Below, piece after piece: positions 51,485 through 64,000 of a DNA stretch of 64,000 bases (positions are counted from its first letter, which is position 1; each line of letters begins with the position of its first letter). Made by a program: the position numbers and the translations under genes. The DNA comes from Eledone cirrhosa (Eukaryota): contig OZ024743.1 of NCBI GenBank assembly GCA_964016885.1, positions 11,470,001 to 11,534,000 on the forward strand. The letters run 5' to 3'. The notes under the pieces were generated by a model. The model had not been told where the DNA came from and did no database searches. It saw only the letters and a list, made by a program, of their open reading frames with translations.

Positions 51485-54400
51485 TTTTTTTCCTGGAAAG
51501 TAGAAAACCTAACTTTAAGCTAAAACCGAACTTTAAAAATAACACTTGCACTCACACATGCTCTAACAGTGAACTTAGCGCTAACATGAAAACTAACACA
51601 AACAAACATTAAATAGAAAACTAACACAAACACTAACCTGAACACTAACACTAACCTGAACACTAACACTAAAACTGACACTAACACTAAAACTGACACT
51701 AACACTAACCTGAACACCAGCACTAAAACTAACACTACCGTAAACACTAATACAAACACTAACACAAACACTAACACTAACCTGAACACTTACACTAAAA
51801 CTAACATTAGCACAAACATTAGCCTGAACACTAGCACTAACACTACCATAAACACTAACACTGACATGAGCACTAACACAAACACTAATCTGAAAACTGA
51901 TACTAATCAGAAAACTAAGCTAACATTAACTTCAACACTAAAACAAACACTAACGCTAACAAAGATACTAACACAAATATTAACACAAACACTAACACAA
52001 TCTCTAACACTAACCTCAACAGTAACACTAAAACTAACATTAACTTGAACACTAACTCTAACCTGAAAACTAAGCTAACATTAACCTGAACACTAACATA
52101 AACACTAATGCTAACACTAACAGAAATACTAATGCTAACATTAACGCTAACCTTAACACAAAAACAAAGACTAACGCTAACACAATCACTAACACTAATG
52201 GAAACATCAAACACTAATGCTAACAGAGATACTAACACAAATATTAACACAAAAACAAATACTAACACTAACACAATCTCTAACACTAACCTTAACACTA
52301 AAACTAACCTGAACACTAACACTAAAACTGATACTAACCAGAAAACTAAGCTAACATTAACCTCAACACTAAAACAAACACTAACATTAACAGAAAAACA
52401 AAGACTAGCACTAACACTAATGGAAACACTAACACAAAATAAAATACTAACACTAATGGAAAAAATAACACTAACACTAAAACTAACACTACCGTAAACA
52501 CTAACCTGAACACTAACACTAAAACTGACATTAATACGAACATTAACCTGAACACTAACACTACCATAAACCACTAACCTGAGCACTAACACTAAAAGTA
52601 ACACGAGCCCTAATCTGAAAACTAACACTAACCAGAAAACTAAGTCAACATTAACCTGAACACTAACACAAACACTAACCTGAACACTAACACTAACAAA
52701 AATGCTAACACTAATACAAAATCAAACACGAACACTAATGGAAACACTAACACAATCGCTTACGCTGACACAAACATTAACGTGAATACTGATGCAGTTG
52801 CAAAGGCAAATGCTGACAAAGACTCTGATGCACACACTGCTGTAAATGCTACACAGACTCTAACGCTGACGTGGACACTGACACAAATGCTCACGCTAAT
52901 GCAAACACTAAAGCAAATACAGACACTAATGCAAACACAGACGCAAATGTTGATGCAAATGTTGATGCAGATGTTAAAGCAAACGCAAATGCTGACGCAA
53001 ACGATGACAGCGATGCTAATGTGAACCTTAACGCAGACGTAAACATTGATGTAGAAGCTAAAGGAAACACAAATGAAAATGCTGAGGCAGACGCTAACAC
53101 ACGTTAACACAGATGCTAACGTAAACACTGATGCAGATGTTAATATAAACACTGACGCAGACGCTAACATAAACGCTGACACAGATGCTAACACACGTTG
53201 ACGCAGACGCTAACGTAAATGATGACACAGACACTAATGTAAACGATGACGTAGAAGCTAACGTAAACGCTGACACAGACGCAAATGTAAACGCTGACAC
53301 AGACACTAATGTAAGCGCTGATGTAGAAGCTAATGTAGATGCAGACGTAGAAGCTAATGTAAACGATGACGGAGATGTAGATGTAAATACTGACGCTGAC
53401 ACAAACACGGTCGGAAACGCTGACGTAGAAGCTGACGAGATGCTGATGTAGAAGCTAACGTAAACGCTGACGTAGAAGCTAACAAAACGCTGACGTAGTT
53501 GTTACGTAGAAGCAGGCGTAGAAGTTAGCGTTTACCCTTACCGCCGAAGCTGATCTCCAAAATGCAATTGCTGATGCGGATTGCTGAAGCCAAAGCCAAG
53601 CTAACGCTGACGCAAATGTTGAGGCAGTATTGCCAGGCGCTGACGTGTATGCTGACGCTAATGCAAATGCTGATGCGGACGCTAGGGCTAAGGCTAACGC
53701 TAACGCTGACGCAAATGCTGAAGTTAACGCTTACATGGGATATGCAGACGCTGCAATGATGCGGACGCCACAGGAAAGGTTAATGGAAACGCTAATGCTA
53801 ACGGAAAACGCTGACGTACACGTTACGGAAACGCTGACGTAGAAGCTAACGTAAATGCTGACACAGACGCTAACGTAAACGCTGACACAGACGCTAAGGT
53901 ATACATTGACGTTAACTGAAACGCTGACGCTGATGTAGATGTAAATACTGACACAGACACAGACACGGTCGGAAACGCTGACGTAGAAGCTAACGAGATG
54001 CTGACGTAGAAGCTAACGGAAATGCTGACGTAGAAGCTAACGGAAATGCTGACAAAGACGTTAAAGGAAACGCTGTCGCAAACGCTAACGCTAATGTGAA
54101 TGCTGATGCAGATGCTGACGCAAATGCTAACTCCTACACAAATGCAAACGCTGATGCTAACACTGACTCAAACACTAATGCAAATGCTGACGTGCACGCT
54201 GATGCAAACGCTGACACTGAGGGAAATGCTGACACTGACACAAGTGCTGACGCGGACGCTAATGATAATGCTGACTCAGAAGCTGACGTAGACGCAGGCA
54301 CTGAAACAAACACTAATGCTAACACTAATGTTGACTCAGACGCTAAGGGAAATGCTGACACAATCACTATCACCAATGCAGACGCTGACGCAAATGTTGT

Positions 54401-54688
54401 CATAGATGCTGACACTTACGCAAACACTAAGGCTAATCCAAACACTAACGCAGATGCTAACACCAGTCTACATAGACACTAACACAAAAGCTTACATAGA
54501 CGCTTATGCAAATGCTAACGCTGATGCAGACAGTAACGCAAACAGTAACTGTAAGAGTAACAGTTACAGTAACACTAACAGTGACAGTAATGCTAACAGT
54601 AACACAGTCACTAACAATAAACTTACCATTAACAATAAAACTTACCCTAACACTAACCCTAAATCTAAAATTAATCCAGAGAAAAAAG
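51485..54688 (+). repeat. 3.2-kb degenerate hexamer array (TAACAC > TGACGC/TGATGC > TAACAG > TAACCC)
   Basis: 6-bp periodicity throughout; bounded by tttttcctgga and tccagagaaaaaa. Confidence 0.9.
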
Positions 54689-54784
54689 TCCTTTGCAATC
54701 ACATTTAAGGTCACTCTTTAAGATATAGAAGATAAGCATTATATTTTAATGATTTTAATTTAAAGAGAATCACGCTATAAGATG

Positions 54785-57700
54785 CAACACAATAACACAC
54801 CACACCACACTAACCTACACCAAACCAGATTATACCATACCTTGGTAAATTTATTATAGGTTTCCATGTTATAACTACACCAAACCATACCAAACTACAT
54901 CAAACCAAACCACACCATAACAAACTACACCATACTACATCACACCATGCTATTGAACTCAGTGTGAAAAATGTTCTTCCTGCTTTTTTTTTGTGTGTGT
55001 GTGTGCTTACCACCCAATCTGACATTAAAAGTGTTCGCAATTAACTATTTTTTGCACATATTATCAATGAAGACTTTGAAACCTGTTGAAAATGACTAGC
55101 TTTGTAGAAAAAAGAGGGCGGAAAGTGGGTGGAAATACAAAGCTTGTCATTTTTGATTGCAGTGAAAGTCATATTTGTTGTTAATATGGTAATGGAGGCA
55201 CATGGCTTAGTAGTTAGAGCAGCAGCCTTGCAATCGAAAGGTTGTGAGTTCAATTCTCAGACCGGGTGGTGTGTTGTTTCCTTGAGCAAGACACTTTATT
55301 TCACATTGCTCCAGTTTACTCAGCTGTAGAAATGAGATGATAGGGAGTGGGGTCCCTATCATTCCACTGCAAAGTGGTCGTGTAGGTGCCACGGCAAAAA
55401 CCACCCAGCACTAACTGTAAATGAGGTTGGTGTTAGGAAGAGCATCCAGCTGTAGAAATCAAGCCAGGATCAGTTCCCGCCCCACCCTTGCAAGCAGGGA
55501 AAAGTGGACGTAAAATGATGATGATGATGGTAAAAGCATAGTCGGCTGTGAGCATGTTGGAGGTTGGAAAACCATACCACATTAAACTACACCAAACTAC
55601 ACCATATTACATCATACCATGCTATTAATCTCAGTGAGAACATTTTTCTTCCTGTTTTTTTTCTTTTCTGTGTGTGTGTGTGCTTACCACCCAATCTAAT
55701 ATCAAAGGTGCTCACAAATGACTATTTTTTTACACATTATCAATGTATATAACATGGAATTCTAACATTTGCAATAGGTTCCCATGTCATAACTACAACA
55801 ATCCAAACTACACCACAACAAACTACACCATTCTACATCACACCATGCTTTTGATCTCAGTGTGAAAAATTTTCTTCCTGTTTCTTTTTTTTTTTTTTTT
55901 GTGTGTTCTTACCACCCAATCTGACATCAAAGGTACTGCAATTGACTATTTTTCGCACATATCAATAATTATGACATGGAAAACTGTCGAAAATGACGAG
56001 CTTTGTAGAAAAAAGAGGGAGGATGCGGGTGGAAATACCATTTACAAAGCTCGTCATTTTTTATTGCAGCGGAAGTCATATTTTTTGTTAATATGCTAAA
56101 AGCATAGTGTACTGCAAGCATCTTGGAAGTTGTATTAGTTGGTAGCACATGTTAAAGTGAAGGAAAAAATTTTTTTCTTACATAAATCAAAGTGGAAATT
56201 TAATTCCTTACTTATAACAAAGCACACCACACCACATTAATCTACCCCAAACCACACCATATCAAACAGCACCATATTATGGTAAATTTATTACAGAACA
56301 CATACTCCTATCATTTACATCACACCATGGTATGGACATCAATGTGACAAATTTGCTACCTGCTTTTTTTTATTTTTTGTGTTTACCACCCAAACTAACA
56401 TCAAAGGTGCTTGCAAATGACTATTTTCCCACACATTATCAATGAATATGACATGGGAATCTATCGTTTACAATTGGTTTCCATTTCATAACTTCACCGA
56501 ACCAAACCAAACCACACCATACCAAGTTACACCATACTACATCACACCAAGCTATTGATCTTGGTGTGAAACATTTTCTTCCCGTTTCCTTTTTTTTTTT
56601 TGTGTGTGTGCTTACCCCGCAAACTGACATTAAAGGTGCTCCCAATTGACTATTTTTTTTCCACTTATCAATAATTATGACATGGAAACCTGTCGAAAAT
56701 GAGTATCTTTGTAGAAACTTCACCAAACCACACCATACTACATCACACCAAGCTATTGATTTTGGTGTGACAAATTTTCATCAGGCAATTTTTTTTTTTT
56801 TTTTTTTTTTCTCTGCTTACCACCCAATTTGACATAAATGGTGCTCGCAAATTACTATTTTATGCACATGTTATCAATGGTTATGACATGGAAACCTGAT
56901 GAAAATGACTAGTTTTGTAGGAAAAAGAGGGAGGATGTGGGTGGAAATACCATTTACAAAGCTAGTCATTTTTTATTGCAGCGGAAGTCATATTTTTTGT
57001 TAATATGCTAAAAGCATAGTACACTGCAAGCATCTTGGAAGTTGTATTAGTTGATAGCACATGCAAAAGTGAAGGAAAAAATTTTTTTCTTACATAAATC
57101 AAAAGGGGAAATTTAATTCCTTACTTATAACAAAGCACACCACACCACATTAATCTACCCCAAACCACACCATATCAAACAGCACCATATTATGGTAAAT
57201 TTATTACAGAACACATACTCCTATTATTTACATCACACCATGGTATGGACATCAATGTGACAAATTTGCTACCTGCTTTTTTTAATTTTTTGTGTTTACC
57301 ACCCAAACTAACATCAAAGGTGCTTGCAAATGACTATTTTCCCCACACATTATCAATGAATATGACATGGGAATCTATCGTTTACAATTGGTTTCCATTT
57401 CATAACTTCACCAAACCAAACCAAACCACACCATACCAAGTTACACCATACTACATCACACCAAGCTATTGATCTTGGTGTGAAACATTTTCTTCCCGTT
57501 TCCTTTTTTTTTTTTTGTGTGTGTGCTTACCCCCCCCAATCTGACATTAATCTACCCCAATCCACACCATAACCATATTTCACTATATGGTAAATTTATT
57601 ACAAAACACTTACTCCTACCATTTACATCACACCATGGTATGGATATCAATGTGACAAATTTGCTACCTGCTTTTTTTTTTTTTGTGGTTACCACCTCAA

Positions 57701-59650
57701 ACTAACATCAAAGGTGCTTGCAAATGACTATTTTCCCCACACATTATCAATGAATATGACATGGGAATAGGTTTCCATTTCATAACTTCACCAAACCAAA
57801 CCATACCAAGTTACACCATACTACATCACACCAAGCTATTGATCTTGGTGTGAAACATTTTCTTCCCGTTTCCTTTTTTTTTTTTTTGTGTGTGTGCTTA
57901 CCACCCAATCTGACATTAAAGGTGCTCCCAATTGACTATTTTTTTCTACTTATCAATAATTATGACATGGAAACCTGTCGAAAATGACTATCTTTGTAGA
58001 AACTTCACCAAACCACACCATACTACATCACACCAAGCTATTAATTTTGGTGTGACAAATTTTCATCAGGCAATTTTTTTTTTATTTATTTTTTTTTTAT
58101 GCTTACCACCCAATTTGACATAAATGGTGCTCGCAAATTACTATTTTATGCACATATTATCAATGGTTATGACATGGAAACCTGATGAAAATGACTAGCT
58201 TTGTAGAAAAAAGAGGGAGGATGTGGGTGGAAATACCATTTACAAAGCTAGTCATTTTTTATTGCAGCGGAAGTCATATTTTTTGTTAATATGCTAAAAG
58301 CATAGTGTACTGCGAGCATCTTGGAAGTTGTATTAGTTGGTAGCACATGTTAAAGTGAAGGAAAACATTTTTTTCTTACATAAATCAAAGTGGAAATTTA
58401 ATTCCTTACTTATAACAAAGCACACCACACCACATTAATCTACCCCAAACCACACCATATCAAACAGCACCATATTATGGTAAATTTATTACAGAACACA
58501 TACTCCTATCATTTACATCACACCATGGTATGGACATCAATGTGACAAATTTGCTACCTGCTTTTTTTTATTTTTTGTGTTTACCACCCAAACTAACATC
58601 AAAGGTGCTTGCAAATGACTATTTTCCCCACACATTATCAATGAATATGACATGGGAATCTATCGTTTACAATTGGTTTCCATTTCATAACTTCACCGAA
58701 CCAAACCAAACCACACCATACCAAGTTACACCATACTACATCACACCAAGCTATTGATCTTGGTGTGAAACATTTTCTTCCCGTTTCCTTTTTTTTTTTT
58801 TTGTGTGTGTGCTTACTACCCAATCTGACATTAAAGGTGCTCCCAATTGACTATTTTTTTTCTACTTATCAATAATTATGACATGGAAACCTGTCGAAAA
58901 TGACTATCTTTGTAGAAACTTCACCAAACCACACCATACTACATCACACCAGGCTATTAATTTTGGTGTGACAAATTTTCATCAGGCAATTTTTTTTTTT
59001 TTTTTTTCTTTTTTATGCTTACCACCCAATTTGACATAAATGGTGCTCGCAAATTACTATTTTATGCACATATATGGTTATGACATGGAAACCTGATGAA
59101 AATGACTAGCTTTGTAGAAAAAAGAGGGAGGATGTGGGTGGAAATACCATTTGCAAAGCTAGTCATTTTTTATTGCAGCGGAAGTCATATTTTTTGTTAA
59201 TATGCTAAAAGCATAGTGTACTGCGAGCATCTTGGAAGTTGTATTAGTTGATAGCACATGCAAAAGTGAAGGAAAAAATTTTTTTCTAACATAAATCAAA
59301 GTGGAAATTTAAATCCTCACCACAGCACATTAATCTACCCCAATCCACACTATAACCATACTTCACCATATGGTAAATTTATGACAGAACACCTACTCCT
59401 ACCATTTACATCAAACCAATGCTCGCAGTTGACTATTTTTTTCACATATTATGAATGAATATAACTTTGAAACCTATCGTCAATGATTAGCTTTGTAGAA
59501 AAATGAAAGCAGAAAGTGGGTGGAAAAACCATTCACAAAGCTAGTCATTTTTAATTGCAGTGGAAATCATATTTGTTGTTAATATGCTAAAGAAATAGTC
59601 AATTGCAAGCATTTTGGAGGTCGGATTAGTTGATAGGACATAAAAAAAAC
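54785..59650. repeat. Higher-order tandem array of the foldback-family arms (~911-bp unit, one ~1286-bp variant)
   Basis: aagagggaggatg recurs near 56013, 56925, 58211 and 59122; each unit holds the hairpin aaaatgactagctttgta..tacaaagctagtcatttt. Confidence 0.9.
55194..55530 (+). mobile_element. SINE family 2, full length, inserted in a foldback arm
   Basis: A/B boxes, (gat)n tail, apparent TSD atggtaa. Confidence 0.88.
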
Positions 59651-60149
59651 AAAGAAAACAAATATTGTCTATATGTTCCTGTGGAAAGTCGGGGCTTCTG
59701 TATTACTGTGTGACGCCAGAGGTCATGGTCGTTTGTCATTGCCCTTGAGAGGTGCAATTGGGAAAGGTCGGCTTAGAAATATTTACTTTTGCGTTCACAG
59801 ATTGATTTTTTTTTTTTTAGTTTCAGAAGATCCCATTAAGGGTGAAAGCAGCCGATTCTTTGCTTAAACTTTAATCTGTTATTTTAATAAATATTTGCTC
59901 TACGGTTCTTATATAATTGATATATATTTATCCCTATCGAGCCCTCTTTGGATTTTAGTCTTCATATGTATTATTATTACTATATAAGATACATACATAT
60001 ATACATACATACATACATATATACACATATATATATATGTGTATATATATATGTGTATATATATGTATGTATGTGTATATATATGTATGTATGTATGTGT
60101 ATATATGTATGTATGTGTATATATATAAATATATATATATGTATATATA

Positions 60150-60385
60150 CAGTTGAAAATTGCAAACTTGACTGTCACCACATATTATGAACCTGAAGAT
60201 TGCGAAAGCATGAAAGTACTTGTTCAATTAACACTTAGAATTTAATATTCTATCATACTATTTCATTATAATACCATTATGAATTTTAATGGATTGTAAA
60301 TAAAACGAGTAAATCAGACAAAGTTGGAATTCCTCTTATTAATATAATCTTCTATACACAATCATACACACCCGTGTATATTTAC
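60150..60385 (+). mobile_element. Solo Penelope pLTR (same family as 47835-48065)
   Basis: Aligns with 47835-48065; flanked by TA-rich tracts. Confidence 0.85.
60188..60226 (+). ncRNA. Minimal hammerhead ribozyme
   Basis: tgaac-CTGAAGA-t-tgc-gaaa-gca-t-GAAA-gta-CTT-gttca; perfect 5-bp stem I, palindromic stem III agtact. Confidence 0.8.
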
Positions 60386-60388
60386 CTA

Positions 60389-60405
<17 letters not shown>

Positions 60406-60426
<21 letters not shown>

Positions 60427-60451
60427 ATGTATGTATGTATGTATATATATG

Positions 60452-60508
<57 letters not shown>

Positions 60509-60541
60509 GTATATATATGTATGTATGTATATATATGTATG

Positions 60542-60582
<41 letters not shown>

Positions 60583-60829
60583 GTATATGTATGTATGTAT
60601 ACGTATGTATGTATATGTATGTATGTATATGTATGTATGTATGTATATGTATGTATGTATGTATGTGTATGTATGTATGTATATGTATGTATGTATATAT
60701 ATATATGGATGTATATATATATATGGATGTATATATATATGGATGTATATATATATGTATGTATATATATATGTATGTATATATGGATGTATGTATATAT
60801 GGATGTATGTATATATATATGTATGTATG

Positions 60830-60860
<31 letters not shown>

Positions 60861-60905
60861 ATATATATGTGTATATATATGTATGTATATGTATGTATAT
60901 GTATG

Positions 60906-60944
<39 letters not shown>

Positions 60945-61041
60945 ATATATATGTGTATATATATGTATGTATATGTATGTATATGTATGTATGTATATGT
61001 ATGTATGTATGTATATGTATGTATATGTATGTATGTATATG

Positions 61042-61072
<31 letters not shown>

Positions 61073-61190
61073 GTATATATATGTGTATATATATGTATAT
61101 ATATGTGTATATATATGTATATATTACGTGTATATATATATATATATGTGTATATATATATATATATGTGTATATATATATATATATGTG

Positions 61191-61225
<35 letters not shown>

Positions 61226-61355
61226 GTATATATATATGTGTATATATGTATATATATATATATATGTGTATATATGTATATATATATATATATGTATATA
61301 TATATGTATATATATATGTATATATGTATATATATATATATGTATATATATGTGT

Positions 61356-61389
<34 letters not shown>

Positions 61390-61393
61390 GTGT

Positions 61394-61425
<32 letters not shown>

Positions 61426-61567
61426 GTATATGTATATATATATATGTATGTATATGTATGTATATGTATGTATATGTATATGTATATGTATATATATGTA
61501 TATGTTATATATGTATATGTATATGTATATATATGTATATGTATGTATATGTATGTATATGTATATG

Positions 61568-61599
<32 letters not shown>

Positions 61600-61610
61600 T
61601 ATATATATAT
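60406..61610. repeat. (TA)n/(TATG)n microsatellite
   Basis: Direct reading. Confidence 0.98.
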
Positions 61611-62056
61611 GGGCGGAAGCCATGTTGCGTGCTAGTCAGGCGGTCATTTTCTTTGAGGAAAGAGATTAGTTTCTTTCTGACGACTCGCTCCATGACCTTA
61701 CTGATATGCGACGTCAGGGAGACTGGCCTATAGTTCTTGGCCTCCGCTCTACTACCTCCTTTATGGATAGGGCATATTGTGCCTTCTTTCAGATCCCTGG
61801 GTAGCACACCGAGCCATCTGAGAGACTTGCATGACGTGGAGGTGGATGTCTTTAAGAAACATCTCGACACCTTGTTATCCAGGATCCCGGATGAGCCCAC
61901 AGCAAGACACGAGGGAAAACTAAGGGCAGCAGCAACAAACTACCTCTTACACCAGTGGGTAACCTATACAGGCTGGAGATAAAATGTGTAGCAACAAGGG
62001 CGGTACCCCAGCATGGCCTCAGCCGGATGGCTGAAACAGGGAAGAGAGTAAAGGAG

Positions 62057-62058
<2 letters not shown>
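61611..62058. mobile_element. CR1/L2-group LINE remnant: inverted RT piece (61611-61797, -) plus 3' end (61800-62058, +)
   Basis: Minus: [35 protein letters not shown]; plus: [26 protein letters not shown], then UTR. Confidence 0.85.

Positions 62059-64000
<1,942 letters not shown>

Overview
Eukaryotic, AT-rich, repeat-dominated DNA. The SINE families, (TA)n/(ATT)n tracts and TE mix look like an octopus/coleoid cephalopod genome (inference, not searched). No recognisable host protein-coding gene. Contents: an uninterrupted L1/Tx1-type LINE ORF2 (APE tail, RT, zf-RVT) with 3'UTR; fragments of Penelope-like elements (PLE: RT, GIY-YIG), CRE-type, RTE and CR1-type LINEs; two tRNA-derived SINE families; hAT, piggyBac and Tc1/mariner MITEs; a ~3.1-3.5 kb tandem triplication with a 67-bp minisatellite; a 1.7-2 kb dispersed duplication; and an 11-kb composite of a foldback repeat family with telomere-like and hexamer cores. 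Most notable, found by reading: nine minimal type-I hammerhead ribozymes with intact cores, several as back-to-back palindromes with one ribozyme on each strand; a hAT MITE that captured nearby flanking DNA and apparently seeded the tandem triplication; and a possible spliced, low-complexity transcription unit at 43.9-59.9 kb. All calls are by eye, without database searches or folding runs.
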